From NCBI GenBank assembly GCA_036743175.1, contig DAINQB010000001.1, positions 3,523-67,522 of the forward strand: DNA of 64,000 nucleotides, read 5' to 3'. A program made the position numbers and the translations under genes. How positions within the stretch are numbered: the stretch's first letter is position 1; each line of letters begins with the position of its first letter. This DNA is from Bacillota bacterium (GTDB taxonomy: Bacteria > Bacillota > Clostridia > DUPQ01). The notes under the pieces were generated by a model that was not told the DNA's origin, did no database searches, and saw only the letters and a list, made by a program, of their open reading frames with translations. Below, piece by piece: positions 45,310 through 55,730 of the stretch.

Positions 45310-46412
45310 TATCCCTTCCTCTTTTCAATCAATTCTTCGAACAGGCCAAGGAGCCTTGCATCTGCATCCTTTATTCCAAACTTACGTGAACTGCTCCTCA
45401 TTTCCCCGGACAACTCCCTGTCTGAAAGTATTTCCACTATGTTTTTATACAGGCTGCCACCTGTTAATTCAGTTTCGAGGATGACCCTGCATCCCCCCGA
45501 TTCCTCAAGGGCCCTGGCATTGTCTTCCTGATGGTTTTCTGCAACATAAGGCGATGGTATGAGAATCGAAGGTATTCCAAGTGCAGTTATCTCAGACATT
45601 GTCATGGCACCGGCTCTGTTGACTATAAGGTCCGCTGCATTGTAGACTGTGTCGGCATCATAGATATATGACTTTATTTCAACTCCTACAGGGATATTGA
45701 TAATACGGGCTGATATTTCATCATAGTGCCTTTTGCCAGGCGCAAATATCAACCTGAAGTCCCCGGTTCTGAAATGCTCTTCAAGCATTTCAACAATTGC
45801 TTTATTGATCGGGGCTGCTCCCTGGCTGCCACCCATGACAACAACAAGCCTGTCATTCTCAGTCAAACCCAGGGATTTTCTGGCCTGTTCCCTTGTTATA
45901 CCTGTCAATTCAGACCTGATGGGATTGCCTGTCACTTCAACCCTTGCTGCTTTTTTAAAATTGTCAGCACTTTTGGAAAATCCTACGGCAGTTATGTCAA
46001 CCCTCGGAGCAAGCATCCTGTTTGTTATTCCGGGAAGTACGTTTGCCTCATGAATCAGTGTGGGAATCCTGAAGAATGATGTCCAGAAAAGAACCGGTCC
46101 TGAGGCGAATCCTCCTGTTCCGAATGCCAGGTCAGGTCTGAAGAACAGTACTATGAAAAATGATTTCAGCATTCCAAGGGCAAGCACAAGATATGGAACC
46201 AGCCTGGACAGGAAACTTCCCCTTGAAAAGCCCTTTACGGGAATTGTAACCAGTTTATAACCAGCCTTGGGCACCAGATCATTTTCCAATCCTCTTTTGC
46301 TGCCTACAAACAGAAATTCTGCATCAGGATACCTGACACCCAGGCTTTTAGCCATTGCAAGTGCTGGATTTACATGTCCGCCGGAACCTCCGCCTGCTAC
46401 AAGAATCTTCAT
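45309..46412 (-). CDS. murG: undecaprenyldiphospho-muramoylpentapeptide beta-N-acetylglucosaminyltransferase
   Basis: GGSGGHVNPALA motif and a GT28 C-terminal domain, in the cell-wall cluster. Confidence 0.85.
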   Translation of the reverse strand: MKILVAGGGSGGHVNPALAMAKSLGVRYPDAEFLFVGSKRGLENDLVPKAGYKLVTIPVKGFSRGSFLSRLVPYLVLALGMLKSFFIVLFFRPDLAFGTGGFASGPVLFWTSFFRIPTLIHEANVLPGITNRMLAPRVDITAVGFSKSADNFKKAARVEVTGNPIRSELTGITREQARKSLGLTENDRLVVVMGGSQGAAPINKAIVEMLEEHFRTGDFRLIFAPGKRHYDEISARIINIPVGVEIKSYIYDADTVYNAADLIVNRAGAMTMSEITALGIPSILIPSPYVAENHQEDNARALEESGGCRVILETELTGGSLYKNIVEILSDRELSGEMRSSSRKFGIKDADARLLGLFEELIEKRKG

Positions 46413-47527
46413 TCGGATGTCCCCCTGCCCTTCAATCTGGAAATATTCAGTAGTATTCCTATTTCTCCCATGAACATTACAAGACCTGTTCCACCTGCAC
46501 TGAAAAATGGAAGGGATATTCCGGTTGCAGGTACTGAGCCTGTTACAACGGCAATATTAAGTACTGCCTGTATGAAAATCAATGATGTAATACCGGTGGC
46601 AAGCAAGCCGCCGAACTTGTCCTCGCAGTCTGCCGCAGTCTTTATTCCTCTGTACAAAAGGAGGAAAAACAGTATAATGACAACGGCCACGCCCAGGAAA
46701 CCAAGTTCTTCCGCCAGTATAGCAAAAATAAAGTCATTCTGAGGTTCCGGAATATAAAGGAACTTCTGCATGCTTTTACCTGCTCCCTGTCCCAGGAGTC
46801 CGCCTGAGCCTATGGCATAGAGTGATTGTACCACCTGGTATCCTTCACCCTGGGCGTATGCAAATGGATCAAGCCATGTAACTACACGGGTCCACATATA
46901 CTCTATGTAATATGAAACTGCAGCAAGTCCGGCACCGCCGACCACAACCGTCAAAGCCAGATGCCATAATTTTGCACCCCCTATGAAAAGTAGCACAAGT
47001 CCCAGCATCATTACAATTATAGTTCCGCTTAGATGTGGTTCCATTATAAGAAGGAATGCCGATACCCCGAGAATACCAATGAACAAAAGATATCCTTTGA
47101 AGAATTTGTCAGGCATGATTTTTTCTTCGGTAAGGAGCCTTGCAAAAAGAACAATTATGGCAAATTTGTAAATCTCAGATGGCTGCAGGTCGAATCCTCC
47201 GATTGTAATCCACCTTCTGGCATCGTTGTATACGGTTCCAATGCCCGGTATAAGAACCAGACAGATCAACAGCAACGCTATGCCATAAATGATATAGGCA
47301 TATTTCCTGTAGACCTTGTAACTTATAAAGGATGCCGTCACCATAGCGATAAAACCTATTCCAAAGGCAACCAGCTGCTGTTTCAGATAGTGGTATATGT
47401 CGTTGAACTGATTCTTGGCGGCAGGTGTACTTGCACTGAATACCATTACAAGCCCGATTGCTATAAGTATCAGCGTAAATACAATTATAAAGAAATCCAT
47501 ATGCCCGACAGCCCTTTTTTCCTTCAA
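46409..47527 (-). CDS. ftsW: FtsW/RodA/SpoVE family peptidoglycan glycosyltransferase
   Basis: Ten-TM SEDS-type protein between mraY and murG. Confidence 0.8.
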   Translation of the reverse strand: MKEKRAVGHMDFFIIVFTLILIAIGLVMVFSASTPAAKNQFNDIYHYLKQQLVAFGIGFIAMVTASFISYKVYRKYAYIIYGIALLLICLVLIPGIGTVYNDARRWITIGGFDLQPSEIYKFAIIVLFARLLTEEKIMPDKFFKGYLLFIGILGVSAFLLIMEPHLSGTIIVMMLGLVLLFIGGAKLWHLALTVVVGGAGLAAVSYYIEYMWTRVVTWLDPFAYAQGEGYQVVQSLYAIGSGGLLGQGAGKSMQKFLYIPEPQNDFIFAILAEELGFLGVAVVIILFFLLLYRGIKTAADCEDKFGGLLATGITSLIFIQAVLNIAVVTGSVPATGISLPFFSAGGTGLVMFMGEIGILLNISRLKGRGTSE

Positions 47528-47536
47528 AATATCCTC

Positions 47537-48502
47537 CTAGAATAATCCAAGCAGCCAGTAAGACAAAACACCGCCTGCAGCCGTCACAAGGCAGAATACA
47601 ACCACTACCTTGTTCTCCCTCCAGCCGGAAAGCTCAAAGTGATGATGTATAGGAGCCATCTTGAAGACTCTTCTCTGTGTCAGCTTGTAATACCCAACCT
47701 GTATCACAACTGACAGGGCTTCAACAATGAAAATGATTCCAACAAGGAATATTATCCATGGCACGCCCATTCTGATGGAAATTACCCCTATCAATGCGCC
47801 AAGGGCCATGGAACCCGTATCACCCATGAAGATCCTGGCGGGATGTGCATTGAAAAGAAGAAATCCCAGTACTGCTCCTATGGCTGAAAGCAACATTATT
47901 CTTGTGTCATCCATTCCTGCATCAAGAAACCTGCATGCACTGAAAAGAAAGACAAATATGAATATGGATACACTGGATGCAAGTCCATCAACTCCATCCG
48001 TAAGATTCGCTGAATTGGTGGTCCAATAAAGGAATATGATCAGAAAAGGAATATATATGTAAGGTGGTATGACAATTGTGCCTGCCATCTGTGAAAAAGG
48101 TATTATGACTTCATTACCGGCAGGTCCCAGGACAACAGAATAAACTGCATATCCTGCGGAAATCAAAAGAAGAAGAACGGTCTTTTGAATTACGCTCAAC
48201 CCGTCATGGTCCTTTTTCATTATTTTTATGAGGTCATCAACCATACCTACTGCAGCAAACAAAACCACAGCTGTAACATTGACCAGGGAACTGACCAAAT
48301 CAGATGAATAAGCCAGGGATATAGCAACTATCGGAATGATGAAAATCGGCCCGCCCATTGTCGGAATGCCGGTTTTATGCAAATGGGTCCTTGGTCCGTC
48401 CTCCCTTACCGTCTGTCCGAATTTCAGTCTTCTCATGAGCGGAACCATTATAAGGCCCAGTACTATTGATCCTGCAAGTGCAAAAAGAAAAGGCTGCCAC
48501 AT
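47537..48502 (-). CDS. mraY: phospho-N-acetylmuramoyl-pentapeptide transferase
   Basis: Conserved MraY motifs such as HHHFE. Confidence 0.9.
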   Translation of the reverse strand: MWQPFLFALAGSIVLGLIMVPLMRRLKFGQTVREDGPRTHLHKTGIPTMGGPIFIIPIVAISLAYSSDLVSSLVNVTAVVLFAAVGMVDDLIKIMKKDHDGLSVIQKTVLLLLISAGYAVYSVVLGPAGNEVIIPFSQMAGTIVIPPYIYIPFLIIFLYWTTNSANLTDGVDGLASSVSIFIFVFLFSACRFLDAGMDDTRIMLLSAIGAVLGFLLFNAHPARIFMGDTGSMALGALIGVISIRMGVPWIIFLVGIIFIVEALSVVIQVGYYKLTQRRVFKMAPIHHHFELSGWRENKVVVVFCLVTAAGGVLSYWLLGLF

Positions 48503-48505
48503 ATG

Positions 48506-49855
48506 TTAATATCCCCCTGTTCTGATGTATTTTATCACGTTTTCCATTTTCATTCCCCTGGAACCCTTGACCAGGATAACATCACCCTTTTCAATTATCC
48601 GGGAAAGATGCATACCTGCTTCATCAGAGTCTGAAAACCGGTGGATATTGTCAGCGGTCATACCCTTTTCAATTGCTCCATCAGCAATTGCAGCAGCTTC
48701 CTTACCACAGCAAATAAGAATATCTACGGTTGCAGCAGCAGTCTGCCCAAGTTCGTGATGGGCTTTTTCTGAGAATCCCCCCATCTCCAGCATGTCACCC
48801 AGTACTGCAATCTTTCTTCCTTTAAAATCACCCAGTATTGAAAGGGATGCTTTCATTGAGTCGGGGCTGGCATTATATGCATCGTTTATTATTGTTATGT
48901 CATTTTCCTCGGTAATATCAAGGCGAAGTTTCTCATTGCGGAAATTCATAAGACCGTTTGAAATTTCATCAGTGGACATACCCATCATCTTACCGATGAT
49001 TATAGCAGGCATGGCATTATATATGTTATGGAGCCCCCTTACATTGAGGTTATACGAGCTACCATCCACACGGAAGGAATAACAACCTTTTTCATCAGAT
49101 TTTTCGTCCTTTATGACGAAATCATTGTGGGCTTTCATACCGAACATAATTACCTTTGGTTCCCTCGAATTCCTAAGGCTGACAAGATACCCATCATCAC
49201 CGTTTACAACAAGAAAACCACCCGTTTTTATATGCCTTACCATCTCTGTCTTGGCCTTGAATATATTTTCCTGGGAACCCAGCATCCCTATATGGCTCAT
49301 ACCGATATTTGTTATTACACCGAAATCAGGCTCGGTGAGACCGGCAAGATAATCAATTTCACCAGGACCGCTCATCCCCATTTCAACAACGGATACCTCG
49401 TGGGACGGATCGATTTCAAGGAGTGTCATGGGAAGACCTATATGATTGTTAAGATTACCTTTCGTAAAGTGGGTTTGAAAGCGTTCCTTCAGCACCGAAG
49501 TCAGGTAATTCCTTGTGGAAGTCTTTCCTGTGCTTCCTGTAACTGCAATAAGGGGAATATCCATGGATTTCCTGTGGGCAGAGGCAATTGACCCCAGCGC
49601 CTTCACGGAATTACCTACGGTGATTATACCTTTACCTGCGATTTCCCTTTCAGTAAGTACGGCCGATGCACCTTTTTCTATTGCAGTTGATATGAAATTA
49701 CCGCCGTCGAAGTTTTCTCCGGGTATGGCAATGAACATCATACCTGTTTCAATTGTCCTTGTATCAGTTGAAAAACCTGTAATTACAAGTTCTTCTTCTG
49801 AGGCATCTACTTCCCTGCCAAGGACAGAAGCTATGTCCCTGAAATAAAAATCCAT
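48506..49855 (-). CDS. murF: UDP-MurNAc-tripeptide--D-alanyl-D-alanine ligase
   Basis: Mur ligase P-loop GSTGKTST. It follows murE. Confidence 0.85.
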   Translation of the reverse strand: MDFYFRDIASVLGREVDASEEELVITGFSTDTRTIETGMMFIAIPGENFDGGNFISTAIEKGASAVLTEREIAGKGIITVGNSVKALGSIASAHRKSMDIPLIAVTGSTGKTSTRNYLTSVLKERFQTHFTKGNLNNHIGLPMTLLEIDPSHEVSVVEMGMSGPGEIDYLAGLTEPDFGVITNIGMSHIGMLGSQENIFKAKTEMVRHIKTGGFLVVNGDDGYLVSLRNSREPKVIMFGMKAHNDFVIKDEKSDEKGCYSFRVDGSSYNLNVRGLHNIYNAMPAIIIGKMMGMSTDEISNGLMNFRNEKLRLDITEENDITIINDAYNASPDSMKASLSILGDFKGRKIAVLGDMLEMGGFSEKAHHELGQTAAATVDILICCGKEAAAIADGAIEKGMTADNIHRFSDSDEAGMHLSRIIEKGDVILVKGSRGMKMENVIKYIRTGGY

Positions 49856-51309
49856 CAGGCCTTGATATCCTTTCCCAGCAACTCGGCTACTATCTCCCTT
49901 TCATCATAATGGGTTTTGCTGCCCATTTTATCCAGATAAGTTTCATGACCTTTTCCGGCCAAGATTATCAAATCGTTTTCACGCGCGTTCTTTATTGCAT
50001 ATTCAATGGCCTTGGTTCTGTCAACTATGACCACATATTCACCATTTGTCTTCTTCATTCCTTCTTCAATCTGACTTGTTATCTTTTCAGGATCCTCAAA
50101 CCGCGGGTTGTCAGATGTTATTATTGTAAAGTCTGCATTATTCCCGGATATTTCTCCCATCATGGGTCTCATGGTCGCATCCCTGTCACCGCCGCAGCCG
50201 AATACACTTATTACTCTTCCGTCTGCAAATTCCTTCATTGCCTCCAGAAGTTTTTCCAGACTGTCAGGTGAGTGTGCATAATCAATCATTATGCTGAAAT
50301 TTCTGTCAATGGGAACCCTTTCACATCTTCCGGGTACAACGACGTTCCTAATTCCATTTCTGACTGACATTTCATCTGCCCCTGCAATTATGGAAGATGC
50401 CGCTGCAAACAATGCATTGTAGACATTGAACATGCCCGGCATATCTACAACTATATTGAATTTGTGGCCCAGTCCGTTGAAAGTAAACTCAGAGCCGGTT
50501 CCACTTATCTTTATATCCGTTGCCATTATGTCAGCATCACTCTTTGCAGAAAGAGTCCCGACAGGGCATTTTGCATTTTCAATTATATATCCGGCATGCT
50601 CATCATCAATATTGACGATTGCATCCTTGCACATGGAGAACAATATGGCCTTTGAGGCAAGATATTCATCAAAATCAGTATGCTCCCTTTTCCCTATGTG
50701 GGCCCTTGAGATATTGGTAAACATTGCAGTTGAGAATTTTGTATAACCGGTCCTCAGCTGGGACAATCCCATTGAGGTAACTTCCATCACGCAATCCTTT
50801 ACTCCACTGTCCACCATCTGACGCAGAACCTTCTGAAGGTCCGATGACTGAGGTGTATTCTGACTTGTATCTATGTGTACATCTCCGAAGGTTATTCCAA
50901 GGTTGCCCATTATTGCACAGTCGCCTTTTGCCTCCTGAAGGATGGTCTTTATCATGAAGGAAGTTGTAGTCTTACCTTTTGTACCAGTAATCCCTATGAG
51001 ATTCAGTTCATGTGAGGGGTTCCTGTAGAAATTAACGGCACATCCGGCCAGCGCTTTTCTGGCATCAGTTGTCATTACAACCACGCCCCGCATGTCGTCA
51101 ACCTCTTTAGTGACTATTGCAGCAGCTGCTCCGTTGTCCCAGGCTTTGCCAAGGTATTTGTGTCCGTCATCTTCCACTCCGTCAATGCACACAAACAAAA
51201 AACCTTCCTGAACTTTCCTGGAATCATATGCAATTCCCGTTATGTCGATGTCCGGTTCCCCTGCCGGAATTCTGTGGTCAACTCCCCTTAGTACATCCCT
51301 GAGTTTCAT
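49855..51309 (-). CDS. murE: UDP-MurNAc-L-alanyl-D-glutamate--2,6-diaminopimelate ligase
   Basis: Mur ligase P-loop GTKGKTTT plus a DNPR-like motif. Confidence 0.85.
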   Translation of the reverse strand: MKLRDVLRGVDHRIPAGEPDIDITGIAYDSRKVQEGFLFVCIDGVEDDGHKYLGKAWDNGAAAAIVTKEVDDMRGVVVMTTDARKALAGCAVNFYRNPSHELNLIGITGTKGKTTTSFMIKTILQEAKGDCAIMGNLGITFGDVHIDTSQNTPQSSDLQKVLRQMVDSGVKDCVMEVTSMGLSQLRTGYTKFSTAMFTNISRAHIGKREHTDFDEYLASKAILFSMCKDAIVNIDDEHAGYIIENAKCPVGTLSAKSDADIMATDIKISGTGSEFTFNGLGHKFNIVVDMPGMFNVYNALFAAASSIIAGADEMSVRNGIRNVVVPGRCERVPIDRNFSIMIDYAHSPDSLEKLLEAMKEFADGRVISVFGCGGDRDATMRPMMGEISGNNADFTIITSDNPRFEDPEKITSQIEEGMKKTNGEYVVIVDRTKAIEYAIKNARENDLIILAGKGHETYLDKMGSKTHYDEREIVAELLGKDIKA

Positions 51310-51325
51310 ATAACACCTCTGTTTA

Positions 51326-53521
51326 TTATTGTACCGTATTCAGGTATCTGAATTTTACTTCTACAACCGTTCCCGGTTCAATCTGTGCACCTTTTGGATA
51401 TTGCTGCCATGTGCATGAACCCGAGCCGTCAATCCTGATGTTCAGCCCGAGACCTGCCAATGCATTCTTCGCTTCTCCTATTGTCATGCTCCTAAGATCA
51501 GGCATAGTAACTGTGTTGTCCTCTTCAGGCATATGCTTGTAGATATAAATTATACTCTTTTCCGAAACCAGTTCACCCGGAGCAGGATTCTGATAAACCA
51601 CAGATACATCCTCCCCGTTTTCATCACCCTTTATTATATACTCCAGATTGCTGTCCTTTATAGCTGAAACTGCTTCTTCCAGTGTATATCCGGTTACATC
51701 AGGAACCAAAGTCTGTACTTCATAGAAATCCTCGTCACCCTTCCTTGGAACCTGCAGGTATTCAAGGGATTTTTCAACGATTTCGCCCATCAGCGGCGCT
51801 GCTATTACACCGCCGTAGACTGAGTCTCCCCTTGGGTCTTCCAGAATGACCAGTACTGTGATGATTGGATTATCAGCAGGAGCAAAACCGCAGAAGGAAG
51901 CAGTATATACGTCTTCCTCAGTTGTCTCGGATGTACCTGTCTTGCCGGCAACCCTGTATCCCGGAACAAATGCATTCTTACCGGTTCCTTCGGCTACCAC
52001 ACCTTCAAGCACTTCCCTCATTGTATCTGAGGTTTCCTCTGAGATAACCTGCCTGATGACCTCCGGTTCAAACTTTTCTATGGTATTACCCTCGTCATCC
52101 AGTATTTCTTTAACAAGGTATGGTTTCATGAGATAACCGCCGTTTGCCAGCGCATTGTATGCCGATACCAGCTGCAAGGGTGTAATTGTAAATCTCTGGC
52201 CGAATGAGGCAACAGCCATGTCAATTTCCATAGGCTCTGCATGGAACAGTGAATTTTCCTCACCGGGTATTTCTATCCCTGTTTTATCCATGAATCCGAA
52301 TAAATCAACATACTCATAGAATCTGTCGATTCCAATATCCTGTGCTACCTTTACAAATACAGGGTTACAGGAATTATATATGGCTTCCCTGAAGGTTTCC
52401 TCTCCATGAGGATATTTCTTTGACCAGCAGTAAATGGTATGTTCCTGGACTTCAACGGGATAGTCATCCACAATATCGTCAAGCCCTACTATGCCCATTT
52501 CGAGTGCCATTGCAGCGACAACAGCCTTGAAGGTGGAACCGGGCTCATATGTCATTGAAAGGGATTCATTCCTCCACCTGGTCTTGCTCAGTAATTCCGT
52601 GGCTTCGACAGAATATCCATCCCACTCGGAAGCTTCATAACCCACAGGATTGACCCTTGGCTCATTCAGGTTATAACTTGGATAGGAAGCCATGGCCAGA
52701 ATCTCACCGGTCCTGCTGTCTGCTATTATTGCTGTCCCTCCGCCTGCGGCCTTGTTTTCCTCAACTCCCTTTTCAAGGACATCCTCGGCTATCCTCTGGA
52801 GATTTCTGTCCAGTGTCAGAACAAGATTAAGTCCATTGTCAGCTTCTATTTCGGTTTTTGTGGCAAATGGCAGTTCAGTGCCATCCTTGTCCACCTCGGT
52901 TATCACTTTCCCGGGCATACCCTTCAGATAGCTCTCCATTGCCGCTTCTATACCAAAAAGACCCTGGTTATCAGCTCCTGTAAAACCTATTAGATGAGCA
53001 GCAAGTTCATTGTTCGGATAATATCTTTTTGTGTCAGATACAACATAAACTCCTCTGATATTGTTTGCCTCTATCCAGCTTCTGACTTCATCGCCCTTTT
53101 CCCTGTCGATTTTTCTGGCGATTACTTCAAACTCACTGTCCTTTACCAAAAGGCGCAGAATATCTGAAACCTCGAACCCAAGCATTTCTGAAAGCTTATC
53201 AGCAATCATGGACGGGTCTGCAGAACCGTTTTTAATGACCACCGGACTGACTGTCACATTGTCTACGGCAACTGACACTGCCAGTTCATTACCTGTCCTG
53301 TCATATATGTTTCCTCTTGCAGGGCTCAGGATACGTCCATTGTTCTGTTGTCTGTATGCACTTTTCCTGAGTTCCTCGCCCATGACGAACTGAATGTATG
53401 CAACCCTGGCCAAAAGTGCAGCGGCAACCAATGCAGAGATAACCAAAATAACAAGCAGTCTTCTTTTTCTCCTGCTGTGTTCACTGACTGGTTTTTTGGT
53501 CTTCTTCTTTCTGCGGATCAA
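51326..53521 (-). CDS. class B penicillin-binding protein (PBP2B/SpoVD-like) with C-terminal PASTA domain(s)
   Basis: STFK (SxxK), SCN-type and KTGT motifs. The C-terminal roughly 120 aa are PASTA-like. The start is taken at TTG 53521, which has an AGGAGA SD; the longer ORF-track start has no SD. TTGCAA/TATAAT-like promoter elements lie at about 53575-53610. Confidence 0.8.
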   Translation of the reverse strand: MIRRKKKTKKPVSEHSRRKRRLLVILVISALVAAALLARVAYIQFVMGEELRKSAYRQQNNGRILSPARGNIYDRTGNELAVSVAVDNVTVSPVVIKNGSADPSMIADKLSEMLGFEVSDILRLLVKDSEFEVIARKIDREKGDEVRSWIEANNIRGVYVVSDTKRYYPNNELAAHLIGFTGADNQGLFGIEAAMESYLKGMPGKVITEVDKDGTELPFATKTEIEADNGLNLVLTLDRNLQRIAEDVLEKGVEENKAAGGGTAIIADSRTGEILAMASYPSYNLNEPRVNPVGYEASEWDGYSVEATELLSKTRWRNESLSMTYEPGSTFKAVVAAMALEMGIVGLDDIVDDYPVEVQEHTIYCWSKKYPHGEETFREAIYNSCNPVFVKVAQDIGIDRFYEYVDLFGFMDKTGIEIPGEENSLFHAEPMEIDMAVASFGQRFTITPLQLVSAYNALANGGYLMKPYLVKEILDDEGNTIEKFEPEVIRQVISEETSDTMREVLEGVVAEGTGKNAFVPGYRVAGKTGTSETTEEDVYTASFCGFAPADNPIITVLVILEDPRGDSVYGGVIAAPLMGEIVEKSLEYLQVPRKGDEDFYEVQTLVPDVTGYTLEEAVSAIKDSNLEYIIKGDENGEDVSVVYQNPAPGELVSEKSIIYIYKHMPEEDNTVTMPDLRSMTIGEAKNALAGLGLNIRIDGSGSCTWQQYPKGAQIEPGTVVEVKFRYLNTVQ

Positions 53522-53651
53522 TGGTATCTCCTGTCTTCGGATTTCCTGATAAAAACTCCGGCAATCCTTACCTATTATAATATTAAAGGGTAATGCTGTG
53601 AATTGCAAAACCCATTTTTTAGAGCTCATTATTATGCCAATTCCACAGGAA

Positions 53652-54134
53652 TCAGTTGCCCGCTATGAATGCCTTTATATTTTCCAGTAAACCAATGCTG
53701 TCATCCGGACTGTCCTCTTCGCTGTTTTCAATGGTGACTTTATTGGCCCTCGGAACTTCTATATATGTTATCTGATGATTGTCGGGTTCATGCATTCCAA
53801 GCTCTGTCTCGGCAGAATGTCTGATCATCATAATATTTGTCTTTTGATCCAGGATAACAGAGAGTGATGAGTTAATTGATTTTTGTTCTTCAAGCTGGCT
53901 TTTTATATCAGCTATTTCATAGTTAAGTTTGGTGAGGTTGCTGTATCTTGAGGTAACCAGGAAAAATGCAGCAAAAATCAGCGCAATCCAGAGAATGGCA
54001 TTGACCCTTGCTCTGACATTACGCCGTTTCAATAATCTTAAATCGGGTTTTTGTTCCGGTTTGCTTTCCAAAACCGTTTCAGTGTCATAAATGACTGTTT
54101 CCGGTTCTGCAATGCGAACTGCTGAATTTCTCAT
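53652..54134 (-). CDS. ftsL: cell division protein FtsL-like (single TM plus coiled coil)
   Basis: Position between rsmH and the PBP gene; a TM helix followed by a coiled coil. Its 160 aa are longer than typical. Confidence 0.55.
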   Translation of the reverse strand: MRNSAVRIAEPETVIYDTETVLESKPEQKPDLRLLKRRNVRARVNAILWIALIFAAFFLVTSRYSNLTKLNYEIADIKSQLEEQKSINSSLSVILDQKTNIMMIRHSAETELGMHEPDNHQITYIEVPRANKVTIENSEEDSPDDSIGLLENIKAFIAGN

Positions 54135-54155
54135 ATTACTCCCCCGGAAAAATCT

Positions 54156-54274
54156 CCGGCCGGCGGTCTGCCGGCCGGACTTTCCTTGTTGCGCTCAATT
54201 TGTTCTGCTGTTCTTCTTTTGTAAATTTGTCTGTTTTGTCTTTTGTGTGTTTCGTGTTCTTCTTTTGTAAATTT
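54156..54274 (-). other. Structured rsmH-ftsL intergenic leader: a perfect 9-bp GC hairpin (54156-54178) and two 20-nt direct repeats TGTTCTTCTTTTGTAAATTT (54209-54228 and 54256-54274)
   Basis: Directly visible in the sequence. The hairpin sits 8 nt upstream of the ftsL SD (CTCCCCCGG on plus). Confidence 0.5.
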
Positions 54275-54298
54275 AAAATTTTTTCTTTCGTGTTGCGG

Positions 54299-55246
54299 TC
54301 ATCTGTGCTCAATTACTCTTAATTTCGAGCTCCTTGACCGCCTGTTATTGTCAATCTCATCACTGGTGGGCAATATTGGCTTTTTAGAAATGATTTTGTG
54401 CCTTGATACCCTGTTACAAACACATACAGGAAAGTTGGGGGGACAAATGCATGGGTTTTCCAGTTCTGAGAATACGACCTTTACTATCCGGTCTTCAAGG
54501 GAATGGAAGGATATAACAGCAAGTCTTCCTCCGGGTTTCAAACCATCTGCTGCTTTCCTGAGTGCTTCTCCAAGAATTTCCAGTTCTTTGTTGACTTCAA
54601 TTCTTATCGCCTGGAATGTTTTTCTTGCGGGATGCTTCCCTTTGAACCTTTCTTTGGGTGGATATGCGGACTTTACTATTTCTGCCAGTTCCAATGTAGT
54701 ATTTATTTTAGATTCTTGTCTTTTGTGTATTATAGCCGAGGCTATTCTTCCTGCGTATCTTTCCTCGCCGTATCTGCCTATGATTTCGGCAAGTTTTTCC
54801 TTTGTATATTCATTGACTACTTCGTAAGCGGTCAATTGTTCTTCCTTGTCCATCCTCATGTCCAGCGGTGCATCACTATGGTATGAAAAACCACGTTCAC
54901 TTTCATCAAGCTGGTGTGATGACACTCCGAGATCCATAAGGATTCCATCTACCCCATCAGGTGCATAATTCTCTATTATCTTGTCAATGTTCAGGAAATT
55001 ATCCTTAAGAACCACATACTTTGCCTTTGTATCGGTTCCTTCGAGCACTCTGTTTGTTTCTTCAATGGCTTCGATGTCCCTGTCGATTGCTATCAGCAGG
55101 CCGTCGCTGCCCAGTCTTTCAAGTATTTGTCTGCTATGACCTCCGCCCCCGGCGGTGCAGTCGATATATTTCCCGTTTTTTTCAATGTTCAGGTATTTTA
55201 TTGTTTCATCCGGCAGTACTGATTCATGATTGAATGCCTTGCCCAT
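54299..55246 (-). CDS. rsmH: 16S rRNA (cytosine1402-N4)-methyltransferase
   Basis: RsmH/MraW SAM motifs, with the conserved mraZ-rsmH pairing. Confidence 0.9.
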   Translation of the reverse strand: MGKAFNHESVLPDETIKYLNIEKNGKYIDCTAGGGGHSRQILERLGSDGLLIAIDRDIEAIEETNRVLEGTDTKAKYVVLKDNFLNIDKIIENYAPDGVDGILMDLGVSSHQLDESERGFSYHSDAPLDMRMDKEEQLTAYEVVNEYTKEKLAEIIGRYGEERYAGRIASAIIHKRQESKINTTLELAEIVKSAYPPKERFKGKHPARKTFQAIRIEVNKELEILGEALRKAADGLKPGGRLAVISFHSLEDRIVKVVFSELENPCICPPNFPVCVCNRVSRHKIISKKPILPTSDEIDNNRRSRSSKLRVIEHR

Positions 55247-55261
55247 TGGAATCCCCTTTCC

Positions 55262-55651
55262 TTACCGGATGCTTTCCCACTCATCTTTGTCCCAGAGCTC
55301 TGCTATCTCACCGGCACCAATGAAATATACTTCCTTGCCCATAAGTTTGGCCTTTTCCCTGAGATGGTCCGGAATTCTGATCCTTCCCTGTTTATCCAAA
55401 TTGCACTTTTCGCTGTTAGCGTAAAAACGCCTCTTCATTGTTTTTGTTTCTTTGTCGAATCTGGGTTTGCTGTTGATTTCCTCATGGACCTTATCCCACT
55501 CATCCAATGTATATATGGTAAGACATCCATCATCCACATCGACCGAAACCTGGAATTCAAGTCCCAGCTTTTCCCTGAATATCTGGGGCACGATTATCCT
55601 GCCCTTGTCATCAAACTTATGAAGATATTCACCCTGGAAAGTCTGTACCAT
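55262..55651 (-). CDS. mraZ: division/cell-wall cluster transcriptional regulator MraZ
   Basis: Two-repeat MraZ fold with a DxxxR motif in each half (DDKGRIIVP, DKQGRIRIP). Confidence 0.85.
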   Translation of the reverse strand: MVQTFQGEYLHKFDDKGRIIVPQIFREKLGLEFQVSVDVDDGCLTIYTLDEWDKVHEEINSKPRFDKETKTMKRRFYANSEKCNLDKQGRIRIPDHLREKAKLMGKEVYFIGAGEIAELWDKDEWESIR

Positions 55652-55686
55652 TGTTCAACCTATCAATCAACACCGGGATTTCACTC

Positions 55687-55724
55687 CCACTTTAACCCCA
55701 CTTACTACCACTTAGTTACCACTT
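55687..55724 (-). promoter_or_regulatory. MraZ operator: four direct repeats of AAGTGG (CCACTT on plus) at 10-11 bp spacing
   Basis: CCACTT at 55687, 55698, 55708 and 55719 on the plus strand, immediately downstream of the mraZ promoter -10. This matches the known MraZ recognition of phased GTGG(G/T) direct repeats. Confidence 0.55.
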
Positions 55725-55730
55725 GACTAC

